This document shows, piece by piece, positions 36,630-51,200 of a DNA stretch of 64,000 nucleotides. The position numbers were made by a program, and so were the translations under genes. Origin of the DNA: Bilabrum cf. latius (Eukaryota); assembly GCA_965178125.1 (NCBI GenBank), contig OZ237746.1, forward strand, positions 372,001 through 436,000, in the 5' to 3' direction. Positions within the stretch are counted from its first letter, which is position 1; every line of letters begins with the position of its first letter. A model generated the notes under the pieces. That model ran no database searches and was not told the origin of the DNA. It saw only the letters and a program-made list of their open reading frames with translations.

Positions 36630-38081
36630 ATGGCAGGTGCAGCGGATACAACAGGCTCCGATACATCAATGGGTCCAGCATCCGGCGCAGGAGGAACAAT
36701 TGAAGTCCCTGTACCGTCCGACAACCCGATGCAACGAGCACTTGAAGAAGGCTTAGCGAATATTAAGGAGTGGAGCGACGATGAAAAGGCATCATATATC
36801 AAAGAAATGGGAAATGCACCCTTGTGGGCAGAAGGCGATGAAGCTGATTACGTCCGCGATGCCTTGGAAACTGAGGTGTACGATGATTCCGAAGAACCGA
36901 TCGTAAAAATGAATGAAGCCAAGGCCCGTGGAAACAGAGCGTATCAAAAGGGCGAATAGTATCACGGAACAGCGTTAAAGCACTGGAAGCAAGCAATCAA
37001 GCACTTTAGAGATATAAGAAGAAGGCTTCGCTCCAAGGTCGTGCTCGAGACGGCCTCAAAGGTGTACAGCAACCTGGCTGCGATCTACTTGTCAAGGGAG
37101 CAGTGGGGCACCACGATCGGGTACTGCACGGAATCGATAACGGCTTGGTCGGGCAACGCTCGCGCTTACTACCGGCTTGCGGAAGCGAACTTGCTCAAGG
37201 GCAACTGCAAGCGCGCACTGGGAGCGATCGACACCGGCCTGGCCCATCCCACCGCCGGGCCGCAGCTGAAAAAAGACCCAAGGGTGACGGATGCTCGGGA
37301 GAGAGCAATGGCGGGACTCGCAAAGCAGGAGGCAAGGGAGGCAGCGATCAAGAAAGCGGAGGAGGACGAGGAGGCCGCCGTGGAGGCAGCGCGCGGCGCC
37401 GCCAAGGAGCGAAACCTCCGCGTGGCGCCGCCCCTGTGGCGTGGCATCGTCCGGACAGGTGCTCGTCCCAGGGTCGAATCCCAGAGGGGCCTGAAAGTAC
37501 TCGTCACACCTGTTGTCCTGCTGTACCCCGTCTCCGGCCAGAGCGACCTCATCGAGGCCATGGCGGAGATGGACACGTTGGGGGCGCACTTGGCCCAGTG
37601 CCTGCCCGCCTCTTAGGCAGCTGCCCAGGCGGCTGCAGAGGGCGCCTCCTCCGCTGATGCTGCCACCGCTGCTGCTGGTTCCTCCTCCTCCTCTTCGCCT
37701 GATGCTCAGGCAGCCCAGGAGGGCTTCCTCCCCTGGGACACGGAACGGAAGTACACCCTTGACAACGTGGACGTGTACTACCAGGCCAACTCGGCCAAGC
37801 CTATGCCGCTTGCCCTAGCATGGAGGAAAGAGTCGGACCCGTTGCACAACGACGCCATGCCGGAGCCGATCTGGGCCGGGCAGAGCTGGGTGAAGGTTCC
37901 CTTGGAGGTTCCCTTGCTACTGGCCCTCGTGCAGCCGGACTGCGTGCTGACAGATGTGCCCGTGTTTTACGTGGTGGCCAGGGGAACAGCGATGCACGCC
38001 AAGGTGCAGGCGGAGGCGGGGGGCAAGATTAGGACACTGAGCATGCCGCGGCGAGGGGGGGCAGGAGGGGCTGGGACGTGA
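36630..38081 (+). CDS. TTC4: TPR co-chaperone TTC4/Cns1
   Basis: TPRs (KARGNRAY, VYSNLAAIYL, NARAYYRLAEA) and wheel-domain motifs PVVLLYPVSGQSDLI and PWDTERKYTLDNVDVYY. TAGs at 36957 and 37614, ends in TGA. Confidence 0.88.
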
Positions 38082-38445
38082 CATTCGTTGTGAGTGGGTG
38101 GGTGTGTGTGTTTGTGAACAGATTGGGATAGAGTCTTGCGTCTCGGCAGAGAGCGTGCGGCCGGGTTCGGTGCACCTCGCTTCTGGCACCGCCCTTCTAA
38201 TGAGATTTCTGAGAAACTGATTTCATTTCAATTTCGTACACCGGCAAGTCCAGTGGGGATTCACATCAGAGTGCACTGACACACGGCACGCCGTCTCCTC
38301 CATCCCGCACGGTCCACCACGCAAGCGAGCGATACCCGCAGCATATAAGGCATCGTACTTGCACAAGGGATGCGCACCAACCATTGAATTTAGCATTCCA
38401 TGCTCATCCGATGGCTCCAGTTCAACTGCCCTACCAGTCGCTCAC

Positions 38446-39028
38446 TCAAAGGTCCTGAGACTCCTGCTGTGGCAGATACACGAACTTGTAGAGCATCGCC
38501 AGGATGACGATGAGCAGCGGAACAATGTACACCGGATCAGTGAGGATGGAACCACCAGATGACTCCTCCACATCGTCCTCGTCGTCCTCCTCCAACCGCA
38601 CCACGTCCTCCTCAGCAACCACACCGATGGCGTGCTTCATTACCACCCGGTACGCAGCATCCCGGTGTCCGAATTCCGCGAACCTGAGAGATTCGGATGC
38701 ATTGGATACTATCAAATAGTAATTTTGGGAAATGTGATCAATGTGCGAGGAGTTGCACGTTCACGCGCGGCCATCCACAATCTTACTTCTCCGTCGCATC
38801 AGTACCAGCGTTCTCAGCTAGATAATGGAAACCACCTGGGTGCGCCTCATAGTCAGAGACATCACACACTAGCCCATCTATTACCAGCCACACATCGGAC
38901 TCCACGTTGGGATCACTCTCTCCGTCGGTCGTGTGCTTTGCTACCTCGTCAAGCGAAATCACATTCTTACGAACCTTGTCAGGGAGCGTAGCATGCAATT
39001 CTTCTCTAGACTTGCCTGCGTATGCCAT
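38446..39028 (-). CDS. Tail-anchored cytochrome b5; intron 38684-38786
   Basis: SLDEVAKH, DVWLVIDG, HPGG, NAGTDATEK|FAEFGH and a C-terminal TM helix. The GTAAGA..CTCAG intron is phase-compatible. Ends in TGA. Confidence 0.93.
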
Positions 39029-39234
39029 GACTATCCCTTGCTGAAACTTTGGGTAAATATGTTAACCTGAAGTGGACTTAAACCATCGAGACATGGTTTT
39101 GCCGTTCCTTTCGCCGAGTGCAGTGCACGATGGCTCGTGCCAGTGGACTTCGTGGGCCTGGGATTATTGGACAGAATTCAAATCAAGATTCAACACGCAT
39201 GCTAAAATCAGCACTCCATTGCGTCGTAGTGTTA

Positions 39235-42200
39235 TCAAAATTCCTGCTGACCATCCCCTCTCACGATTATGTCCGCCACCAGCACACCACCGTGCCCGCC
39301 CCTCCGCCTAGCACCACTGGCAGCAGACGAATTCGTGGCCAACCTGCCGCCGCTGGACGACACCGAAGATGCACCCGACGCGGTGCCAGAAGAGCCGCCA
39401 TGCATAGCCCTACTAGCCCCGGTGGGAGAAACCTTCCCAGACCCAACCGCCTCGTGACCCGGCCGCACCGTGCTCACCCCGGCCCGCGCCGCCACCGACG
39501 CCACAACGATGGACCGAGCAGAGCTGTCTCCGAGCCTCCAGAAAAACAAAATTAGCACCTTACCCAGCTGGATCAGCGGCTCGCTGATCAGCGCGTCAAG
39601 TGCAAACGATATGAAACTCGCGATCAGCCAGGCCCTCGTCTGCTGCGGAGTGAACAGCACGCCCCACAGCATGCACAGGTAGAAGCAGAACGCCACGATC
39701 ACAAGCAGCACGCCGTACACCACCAGCACTAGCACAGTCCTCTCGAGCGCCAGCTGCGCCCAGGCGTCCACCTCTTGCTCCCGCTGGACCCGCAGCTGCT
39801 TTTGATGCTTCTTCAGAGCGCGCTGCAGGAGCTTCGCGGACCGCTGCTAGCGGAACTTGATGAGCGCGGCGCCGTCCCCGTCCTCCATCTGTCTCCTCTG
39901 CTGCTCCTCCGCCTGCAGCCTCAACGTTTCGTCCATTCTGTACTAGTAGCATCGCAGAAGGCCATACCCGATCAGCACCATCAGGGCGGGCAGAACCTGC
40001 AGACCGAGCACACCCACGGCGGCCTCATACCCGAACGGGAGATCCAGGACACCGATAGCCAATCCACCCGCCATTTGCACGGCAATGGAACAGGCCACCA
40101 GCGAAGCACCAACGCACGCGTCGCCGCGCCTCGACTCGTAGAACCCGCCCGCCGCCAGCAGGATCATGAGAGCGCCGGACACGGCCAGGATCACCATGGA
40201 CCAGATCGCATCAGGCTCCTCTTCCCAGACCTCCGCACTGAGCAGGTACAGGGCCAGCACACCACCCAGGAAACCCGCCCACAGCTGAACGAGCGCCAAG
40301 ATCGTGGCCGCGGTGAGCACCGGCCTGGCCTTGTTGAAGGCGGCCATGTCTGCGCTGGGCATTGGCGCCTTCAAAGACCCGTCCCTGGAGAAGCCCTCCT
40401 GCCCGCTTCCGTCGCTGCCCGCGCACAAAGCCGCATGGCTGCGGATGTACTGGTCGAACACCAGCCGAAGGGCGGCGATGGCGGCGTCCTCTAGGCGCTA
40501 CTTCTCGCCGTCCGTGAGACTGCCTGCCTCCACACCGGCGGCCTGCACTTTTCCTGTAGAGCTTCGGCCACCGCCGGTGCCTGCAGCTGCGGGGTCATGA
40601 CCGGGCCTGTGCTGGGCTGGGGTGAGCCAGGCCCCCAGGGAATCGCCCTGTCCCTTTGGTGCTGCATCCGGGGTGCTGGAGCTGTTGTCGGCACCCGCAA
40701 GCAGTCGAGGGGATGATACCGGCTGTGCTGCAGGGTCGATCTGAAGCTTCCTTTGGGAGTGCCTCGCAGTGGTACCCGCGGCGGCAGACTTGCGAGAGGC
40801 TGCGCCAGATGCATCACCCACCGAACACTTGCTGTCGGCCCCGGCTACCGTGCGCGAGACCGCCACGGTGTCGCCTTGGTCCACGATCTTGCGTGCCCGG
40901 GCAGCGAGCGCGCACGCGATTGTGATCCCCAACTCGTCCGGATTGTCGGCGTTCTGCGCAATCGCCTCGATTGCGGCCGCATCGTCGTCAAGCTCACGCA
41001 TCTAGGCGACGAACGCGTCCACCGAACTCTTCGAAAGTCCGTGACTCACAGCTTTGACGATCATGTCATGCAGCTCGGACTGGGTGGGTTCAAGCGCCCC
41101 TTGCGAAGGTATGCCGCGCATGGCACGGCAGGCCTCGTGCGCTGCCTGCCGCAGGTGCACAGCCCGCACTCTTGGTCGAGTGGATTTCCCGCCACCGAAG
41201 GGCCGCCATGGTGACTTGCTGGCATTTCCGCCCGCACCATCGCCGCTTTGCTTACCCTCTGGACTGCCCGCCACTGCCACGGTGCCACTTACTTCGTCGT
41301 GGACGCCATCGCCCCGACCATCCTCCATCGATGATGCAGTGGGCAGCTCAGCTGGGACGAGCCTGCCCTCATTGGTCTCTCCTCCTGCCTGGATCTCCAT
41401 GGAGGCAAGTATCTCGAGGAAACCGCTACCGCTCACGTCGTCTGCGGCCTCTGCAGCTGCTGCAGTCACGTGGTCGCTCTACATCTGCCTCGCGTACTAG
41501 CCGCCCCCTTCCTAGGCCTCTTCCCGCTGGAGGGCCACATAGAGCATCGAAGCTCTGCGGCGCTTCTTCTTCCCTCCCCTGGACTTGCCAGCAGGCTGGG
41601 GAGGTGCTGCGTCAGCTTGTGGGATGCCCGTCGCGGCTGCGGCCGCGCTTGCATTATTCGACGTAGTTGAGCCTTCGGCCACCTAGCCATCAGATTTTCC
41701 CGCGCTGCCTGCATGGCCGCCAGAAACAGTATTGGACTGCAGCCAGCCGCTCCATACTCCATTATCGTCGACTTTGTGATTCTAGGCACCAGTGGAGGAG
41801 GTGGGACCCGCGCCGATCGTCTCCACCACGTCGATTGGATCTACTGATTTGGCCCTGCTGTCTGGCCTCGCAGCAGCTGCACCATAATTCTGAGTGGTGT
41901 TGCCTGCTGCGATCTGCTTCTGCTCAGTTGGCGTTGCCGCTGCGCTCTTCTCCTCATTGCCATCCACCGACACGGGCATGGGAGCAGTGGAGCTTGATCG
42001 TCCCGGCTTGCCCGTGTGTTTGATCCCGTGGTTGGGGCCCAGCAGCTTGGCTCTTCGCTTCTCCAGCTCGTCGCGCCTCTTCTGCCTCACAGCGTACGAA
42101 ATGTCCAGCGTGTCGGACCGGAAGGTGTTCACAAAGGCGAAGAGGTGCGGCGTGAGCCTCTCGATCGGAACCATGCACACCGCAGAAATGAGAGCTCCCA

Positions 42201-45200
42201 GAAACCTCGCTGAGATGCGGTCGGCACTGCTCCCAAAGAACAGGGCGTTCACAGCCATAGAGGCCAGGCAGGACGACGTCAGGATAAGCACGCGCTATGG
42301 GCGGGTCACCACCAACAAATCTTCCCTAGGAGTTGCAAACACGCTGCCCCAGGTGTGGTTCCTCCGCAACGAGTCGAACCACCGATTGGCAAGGTAGGTC
42401 AGCACCAGCCACAGCGTGCCTCTCTGCCGAAGGTCCTGGAGCTCCCTTCTGGCCTCTGCTTTATCCTCCCTGAGCTTCTCCAGCTCCTGCCGAAGGCCCT
42501 CTTCCTCTCCCCTTGCGGCCGCCTCGATCTTCTCGAGGTCGACGTACGGAGGGAAATAATCCGTCGCGCTGACCTCAAGCACGGCAAGCGCGCGAGGGGT
42601 GGAGGGACGCTTGCGGCGGCGCGACCCACCGGAAGTGGAGCCGCCGCTGCCATAGGTACCACCACCTTCCACCATCGGATTCGAACCCGAGAAGTCGTAG
42701 TGCTTGCCGCTGGCCCGCGATCCAGCGATGCTCGGGTTGGATGCTCCACTTGCAGCTGATGCAGTGCTGTCCCGCCGACCTTGACTGGAAACGTCGTCAC
42801 TGCTTCCAGCGCCCACGCTGTACCGTTGCGCCCCTTGCGGCACGACCTTGCTGCCCCCACCGAATCCAGCGGTGCCGCTTCGAGTGCTGAGCGCAGCTGC
42901 AGTGGCCCTCTCCGCCCTCCTCCTCTTCATCTTCCTAAGGTTTCGAGTGTGCGCGGCAAGGACTTTGAGGTACACCTCGAGCTGGTCCTCTAGATGCAGG
43001 TGCTCCATGCCCATCTCCTTGCGGATCCTGCCAAAGTGCAGCATGTGGGCCTGCCTCAGCTTGCGCATCTCCGGGGTGGTGTAGCCTTCCATCACGGCAG
43101 AGGCGATCCACGCCAGTAGGAATGCACCGAGCAGCACGCTAATGATGATGAGGGGGAAGTAGTTCTCCGGCTTCAGGTAATTCCGAAGGATGCCCGAGTC
43201 ATCCACCGGGTTGACGCGATTGATCGTGGGGAGGTCACGCTTCACCACTGACACGAAGTCTGTCAGGTGGGTCGATGCGCAGATAGCCACGATGCCGCCG
43301 CTGCGCTACTCAAAGCGCAACAGCACCATCCCTTCCGTCTGCTCCTGTGAGGGCGAATAGCTGCTCGTGTTTTGATACCTGCATACAAAGTCCTCCAGGC
43401 GGTCCTCAAACTCCTCGGCCACGGGTAGCTCGACCAGGAGCGGGCAATCGTTGGCATCTGCTGAGGCTTCAGCACCAGCCGTCTGGGCCCGCCTCTGTCT
43501 GGCCCGACGGCGGCGCCCAGCACCAGCTGACTCTGCATCTGAGCCACCGCTGGCACGATAACTCTCCACGGCGAACTCATCGGTGGAGCCGGGCACGCCC
43601 AGTGACACGCTGAACATCGATGATGCCCTGCCTTCCTCTAGTGCGGCAGGCTCCAGCAGTTCCGCAGCTGTCTGGGGGCTGGACAACCACTGCACGAACC
43701 GGACGTCGAACTGTGCCTCGTCGTCGCCTTCCAGTCCGCCCGTCTCATTCTAAGACACAAGGCCAAGCGCAACCAGTCGGGGCAGCCCGAAGACCACGCG
43801 CGAACCGCCGTCGCCCTCAACGACGAAACCGCCGAACTCGCCAGTCACGCGGTCAAACCGCCTCACAATGATCCGAGCGAAGCCAGGCCACTCCGCCTCA
43901 GTGGGAGGTGCACCTGCCACAGCACTGGTCGACATGGCGGCAGATAAGCTGCGCATCACCCCGTCTGTGCGATCCCTCTGCGCATCCAGGTCATAGCTGG
44001 CCGGGGAATCCGCACCTGCGTCGTCGTCAGATCCCGCTGCCTGCATGCGTCGATGGGTGCTCTTTCGCAACCTCCTTGCCTCGCTTTCTTCCTCCTCCAG
44101 CTGGTCGGACAGCAGCGTCTAAAAGTCCCTGCCAACCACCCTAACCGCAAGCAAACCTCCTTCCAGGTCCAGCCCAAGCTCTTCGTCCTCCTCAAAGCTG
44201 CCGTCGTCCATCTGCGCTGCCTGCCAGCGAGCCACCAGCTCGTCTGACAGCTGAGAGAATAGCACATGCATCAGCCCGCGCAGAGAATCGGGGATTTCGG
44301 CCGGATCCTAAAAGACCTGTGCAAGGGCAGTCACGGCCGAACGCAGCGTGTCCGTTGGAGCATCGAGGATTTGGGCCACTGTCTGATTCAGCAGCAGCGC
44401 GATGCTGCCTCGAAGCTCCACTGTTTTGGCAAATGTGTCCATGCTTCGCTGGCACCCGGACCCCGCCCAGCCTTCTTCGCAGAGACAAGCCGCCGAGCAG
44501 GACTAGCCTGGGGTTGGCGAGCAGTTGACGGGAGATCGAGCGCAGGCACCGTGTCCGCTGCACTCTACCACCGGTGCCCCGCTTCCATCGTCGCGGAACA
44601 AGCCGCGGGTGGATTCGGGGCACACGCTTAGGGCAGGTACGCCCAGTTGTGTGGAGTTGATGCCCTCGACGCACCGACCGAAAAAGCACCTTTGGTTCAT
44701 GCCACATTCCGGGTCGCAGTATGCATCGCTGCCAGCAGTGGCGGTGAGCAGGTTGGCCACCTCTTGCAACTGTAATACGATCTCTTCAGCAGAGGCGCTG
44801 GCCGCATCGTCCTCTACCGAGCTGATGCTCTGATTCAGCAGCGCCGACGTTTCCTAGTCCAGCCCGTCCACGACGGGCAGCAGCACGTCAATCTCCACCG
44901 GGTTACCTGCCTCATCGTAGATGGACCGTGTGACGCCACCATGCCTATCTGCAACTTGCACCATGATGTAGATCGTACCGTTGATCACCCCTGGCGTGGG
45001 TGATAGCGTTGGAATAGAAACAGTGGGACTGCTAGACTGCGTGCCGATAGGGACAACAGCCGGGAAATCCACTCCGTTCCGACCCACGAACCGGTCCACA
45101 TCACCGGCAGCGTACTGCTCTGCCTCGGACTGGCTACCAACTCTAAGCACAAAGAAATGGTAAGACAGCGGCAGATCTTCAGGCTGATCGCTCCAGCCAA

Positions 45201-48200
45201 CTGCCTCCAGAGTGACAGAGTCATCGGTGAGAGCGTTGACGCTGGAGCGATCAGCAGTTAGGTACCCTGCAAAAGGCGGTTGGTTGGTCAGGAACTGCAC
45301 AGACGCGGTGGCTGTACCAACTTGCGCCGACCCCCGAAACACAGTGACATCCACCTGCACCACGTACAGCGAGGCGGGGGCAAGGGCGAAGCTCGGAATG
45401 ATCGCCACCCTGTCACGATCAGTACCGGCGAACTCTGCGACGGAGCTTTCACCATCCTCGGAAAACAGTGCCCAACGGAACGAAAACGACAGCGACGGCG
45501 ACACGCCCCTCCCGTTGCGATCGGAAACCCGTGCTGGCAGCACCAGCCGGTTGTTTGTGTTGAGCTTTCCTTGCCGAACCAAGCTGACTGGAAGCTCCAC
45601 CTGAACCGCGTAATCCCCGGGTACTTCAATGGATCGCAGCAGAGCGTACGCGGACGACTGCACCTGCTGAGCAGGATAGCTGGCGTCCACGGACGCACCG
45701 GGATTTCGTGACATTGTAAATCGGAACTGGAAATCCTGCCCCGCGGCCAGGGCTCCCGCCGGTAGCTCGAGCACCGGCCCGCTTCCGGTGGTGCCGGCCA
45801 AGTCTCCACGCAGGCCAGGCGGCAGCGACACAATCGGAAGCGCAGCGTTTGAGGTCAGGTCCAGAGGCAGCCCAGTGTTAGAGTCGATGCAATCGGACGA
45901 AATCGACTCGAAGACGTCCTCTGGGCTGCTGGTGGTGGCCAAACCGCTCGTGTTGCGGCAGCTCCACTCGAAACCGAGCGGCCTGCCGGACAAATCTAGA
46001 TCTGCTGAGCTCAACGCCGACAGTTTTATTTCGTTTGACTGCACTATTCGTCGCCGGTTGTTGGAAATAGTCGCGATCAAGCCAATCGGCTGTACCACAA
46101 CATCTACCGATGCAACTGAGCTGCCAAGGACAGGCCCATTGGCGGACTGCTGTCCCACGGAAGCTTCAAACGTGTACGTGAACCCAGCCCGAAGCATGCC
46201 GGCAGGTATCCGAAGGAGGTATCCGTTCGTGCGCGTCAGCACCGCCAGTTCAGAGTCAGTCGGTAAGCTGGGCAGTGCCAACCCGCTAGCATCCGTCGTG
46301 ACCGCCGTCGCCCTCCAAGTTACGGTGGTTTGCTGCACGCGCCCAGCTCCGCAGGAAGAAGCTCTCACACGCACCCGTAGACTGGTGATGCTTCGCTGAC
46401 TGGTCACCACGCGGGATCCACCGGTGATTTCTACTTTAGGCACGGGCTGGGCGCTCCTGGTCAGGGTGATACGGGTGCGAGACACGGCCGTGCTGAGGAA
46501 ATTTGCCACTGCAAGCTCTACCACTGCGCTACCTCCGATTGGGGGCAAGTCAGCAGGCAGCACAAGGTCGCTAGAGGTCGTGCTGACGCTAGCAAACGAA
46601 GATTGTGCTGCCGCGATCTGGGTGCTTGTGATGGGGGTGGCATTGACGCTGACGAGCGCCCACGAGAATGAGAGTCCACGGCCCAACCCACCCTGCGAGC
46701 CGGACCCGCTCAGCCTGCCTACGTCGCACGGTCCGAGCACCTTGGGGCCTGCGATCACGGCGCGCAGCTCAACAGAAGACCCAGTCGGCGGCTTTACCAC
46801 TGTGCACGAGAGCGAGTTGGACAGAAGAGCATTCTGGCTGGTCCGAATCGACCCAGATTTCAGCACGAGCTCATAGGCCTGCCTCGGGTCTGTGGTGAAT
46901 GGGCGGCACGTAGACCCCGGGACCGCTGGAAACTCCGGCACAAGCGTGGCACCGGGACCTAACTGCATCACCAGCCTCCTGCGTGAATGGAAGGAGCACC
47001 AGGCCGTGGTGGTGCGTGTCCCCGTCTTGACTCGGGAGAGCTGGTTTGTGACTGCCTCGCTGAACAGCTGCAAACAGGGTCCTTCCGATCGGCTTTGACC
47101 GGACGCAGAGGTCCAAAGCCTGGTATACACGTCGGAACTGAAGACGATTTCGATCTGAGCGCCGGAGCCGTCCAACCTGGCGGTGAGGATCGCTGGGGCG
47201 GCAGTGCGGTCCTGCACGACGGAAGACGCCGGTGAGATGACGACGATCTCTCCCGAGGATCCGGTGGTGGCGCCGGTCAGATCACCCGCAGTGGTCTCAA
47301 ACTCGAACCCGACCGGGGCCTCGCGCCCGTTGACACCGTGGACCAGCAGCTTAGAGGGGGAGAGCCAGGCGCACATGGCTGATCCGGTCTGAGCGATAAT
47401 GAGCTGACGGCTGCGCGTCGCCGGGTTGTGACCGAACGCATCCAGCGTGTCTGTTGACAGCATGTCGACATCGGAGCAGTCGAATCCATTGTCCTCGATC
47501 GCCTCCACAAGACTGCTCCCGGTTGCAGTGCTGAGCGATGAAGGCAAGCCTCTTGTGACAGCAAGTCCCGCCATGTTGGTCTCTTTCTCGAATGTGACCA
47601 GCGTCACCCGAGCGGTCTCGATCTTCTTCACGCTTGCGATCCGCGGTGGTCCCACCACGGACACCGCGCCCGTGGTGATGTCGGCACCTTGGTGCAGAGC
47701 GAAGATCGGCACGGTTGTTGCAATGGCCTTCCTGAGGGAGTTGCTGGATGCACCGAGAGTCTGGACGTTGACCGAGTCGTACTCCGGGTCGGCGCTGGAC
47801 AGATTGAAGCGGAACCTGTCCCGAATGGCCCTGGTGGTGGCCAAACTGCCCGGGTTGGTGGACAGAGTCAGGACCACGGGATCTCTCCACTGGTCTGGCG
47901 CGACAACAACCGGCAGCAGCGGGTCTGTTTCCAATGCCAGGCCGGCCGGAATCGAAGCGTTCACCGTCACGTTGTTCTCTGGCTTAGAGAGAAACTCGAG
48001 GGACAGAGACAGGGTCTGCTCGGGCAGGCCACCGGGGCCAGGGGAGGGTGACATGACCACCCCAAATCCAGGAGTTACCTTGACCCCTAGCTTGTCTCCT
48101 TCGGTGATCCGAATGCCCAACCACGTGTCGAGAACCCCCGAAGTGTACAGGCTGTCAGTGGAATTGGACACATCGATCTGAGCCACCATCGCTAGGTTGA

Positions 48201-51200
48201 CCCTGGGGTTGATGGGTCGCACGATCCCGTCACGCTTCATGAGCACTTCGTATCGCTACTCCTCGTCCCAGTTGAACGCATTGAATGACATCGTGCTGGG
48301 GATCGGCACGAAGGAAACGCTGCCAGTCATGCCGACTACTCTCGCGCTGTTGTAAGCGAATAGCCGCACTGTGACGTTTCCGCTTGGCTTGGTAGACAAT
48401 CGCACAGACCCAGTCACTGTGCTTCCTTCGACGTAGAATCCGACGTTCTCAAGCTGTGGAAAGTACGACCCCGGGCCGGACGTCGATACCGTGCGGTCCA
48501 CAGGGCCGATCGTCTTCCTGCCCTCAAGCTTCAGCACGATATCAGGCCGGTCATCTTCGTCTACCAGCAGCCGCACAGTTGTGGTGGACACCTGCTTCGG
48601 CCGTCCGGTGCCGCCTTGCTGGTATAGAGAGAAGGAAATCGCGAGGCCGCTGCATACGGTCGAGTTCAGGCTCTCGTCGTCCAGGTCAGACACGGCGCCG
48701 TCATCCTCTAGCTGCACCTCGAACAAGAACTCGGACGTGTTTGACCAGGTCTGCATGGCGACGGACCCGAGCTGCGCGCCTCCAGAAGCCACGTCAGCAA
48801 GGGTCATACCTCGGAGCGCGATAGGCTGCAAAATTCTGCCGGCGCATCTGCCAGAGACCAGGCCAGAGCCGCCTAGGTCGGCAGCTGCTGCGTTCAAAGC
48901 AGATACTTCGTCGATCTGGATGGACAATGGAAGCCGCGGGCGGCTGGCAGAGTTGATGCCGGCGGCGAACTTGGATCCTTCCGTCGTTCGCAAGATGGAC
49001 ACTACGTCGAGAAATGGCTGCGCCGCGCCTTGCGACCTCGTGGAACGCTCGTCGTTGATTCCGATCAATAAGTCGGGCTGCTCTCCATTCTCCACGCCAT
49101 CGTCACCATCCTCCGACATCACCGCAAGCCTACGCTTGTCCCCAATCTACCCTAAATCATCATCCTCGCTAGATGCGCCTCCTCCACCGATGGCTGTGAG
49201 GCCGCTACGAGGCGAGATCTCGACGAACTAATCGTCGTTGTCAACCACGAAGAACTGGTACACGGGCGGCTAAGCAAACTACACTGCTGCCTTTTCGGCA
49301 GCAGTGAACGTTCGTGAATCCCTCAGGTTGGCCCGGCCTCCGTTCGCCGCACCCCGGACGAAGGAAGCGTCGAATACGGGAGAGAAGAGGGCCCCCACGC
49401 TGCTGTTCCCCATGCGAGACTCGACAGAGTTGGTCTGCTGAACAGGGTCGGTGAGCGTCTGCAGCACGCCCATGCCATCGAACGCCATCGCCACGACCTC
49501 TCGAGGGAACACCGTGGGCTGAAGCAGGACACTCGCCTGGGTGCTGTGCTGTTCCCCACCGATCGGCGGTACAGGCAGCGGCCCGTCGATCAGCCCGGCA
49601 GCCCCGCTCCTCATGCCCGCATACCTCTGATCGCGGGTGTAAGTGACCTCCATCGCGATGCTGAAGAGGGCGACCTCTTCGGCCACGTCATCGTCTGGGA
49701 CCACGATCGACACCACGGCTGCGTCGATCCAACGGTTCTTGTAGAAAGACACAGCAGTCACAGAGTCCGCTGGAAAATTCATTGGGGTGCCTCCGGGCTG
49801 GAATCGAGCGGTGGAAGCCAGCCCCTCCGCGGTTGTATCCTCACCGTCGCCCTAATTGGGCAACTAGGGGAAGTCGACGGGCGGCAGCCGCAGACCGTGA
49901 TAGGCGTATGCCTTGCTGCCAGCCCCCTCGGTCCGAGTTGTGGCCTCAATGGAGATAGCCACCTTGTTCGGGTTGGATTCATCCTATGGACTGGGGCACT
50001 GCTCTGGTTTGACCACTGGTGAAAGCAGCCTTACCAGCACAGTAGTATCAAACGAACCCTCTAGCAGCACGCCAGCGACTCCAATCCCGCCCAGCGGCTG
50101 CAGCAGCTCCCGACTGAACAACGGCGCGCTGCCGGCGATGGGGCCTTGCACTGAGCCGTAGCGGTCAAACACGAGGCCGTTGTCATACTGTACCATTGGA
50201 ACGATGTCTGCAGTCAGATTGAATCGAGCCTCGTTCAGCAGAGTCAGCACGTCTCTGTTGGGGTCTGCTGCTTCAATGGGGGAAGTATTAACGCCCTGCT
50301 CTACGAGGATACCCGCAGGGTCGACGACCGTCACAACAACATCAGCATCCACCGTGCTTGTCGGCACGCTGACAACAGGAGCGCCATTTTCTGACTGAGG
50401 GTCCACGAAAGCAGAAAGTCGCCTCTGGCTGAGCTCCTGCAGCACATAGTACCCGTAGCTGATGGTACCAGCACCATACTCCATCCCATTGTCCAGCTGG
50501 TGATATAGCGCGAAAATCTCCGCGCCGTTCTCCCTCAAGTAGTCGCCTGCAGGGGTGATCCTCACCTCCTTGTACTGGTTCCAGTCTTTGGGAGTGAATG
50601 GGATGAGCACCTGGCCCTCCTCATGGCTCGACGTGTAGTTGACTTCGACTTCGATGCAGGCATCGTTCGCGGCAACGTAGCACGCCTTGAAGTCCGCGTT
50701 GAACCCTTCCAGTGGAAACGAAAAAGAGCCGTTGAAGTGTGAGGCCACGTCGATAGAGCCCTGCGGCGGATTCTTCGGCGGGAGAGAGCGTGAGGTCTTG
50801 CCCACTCGCAGCGGGAGCGTGGCAACCACCTTGACGAAGATAATCGTCTGCGGCTATGCCGTCAACCGCACGCGGTAGCTTGCGGGGGAACAAGGCGGTT
50901 GAGCTGTCGATGACTCGAACACGGGGTAGGCCAGTGCAGGCCCCGACGGGTTCTCGGCTGCCTCAAGCTGCTGCTTGAGATGGGATGCAGCCATGAGAGA
51001 AGTACCGGTGGAAGGCTCAAGCACCACCACCGACTCATAGTTGTAGTTGTCAGCACTCCACGGCGCCGTATCGCTGAGGATCTCGGTGGCCTTTCTAGTC
51101 GCTCGGATGCTAGGCTCGCTGGACTGGGTGCCGTCCCACGCGTAAGACAGCTCCGATCGCCCGGCTCCTCGGTTGGCAGCTGCGGTGCAGTCGCACGGTG

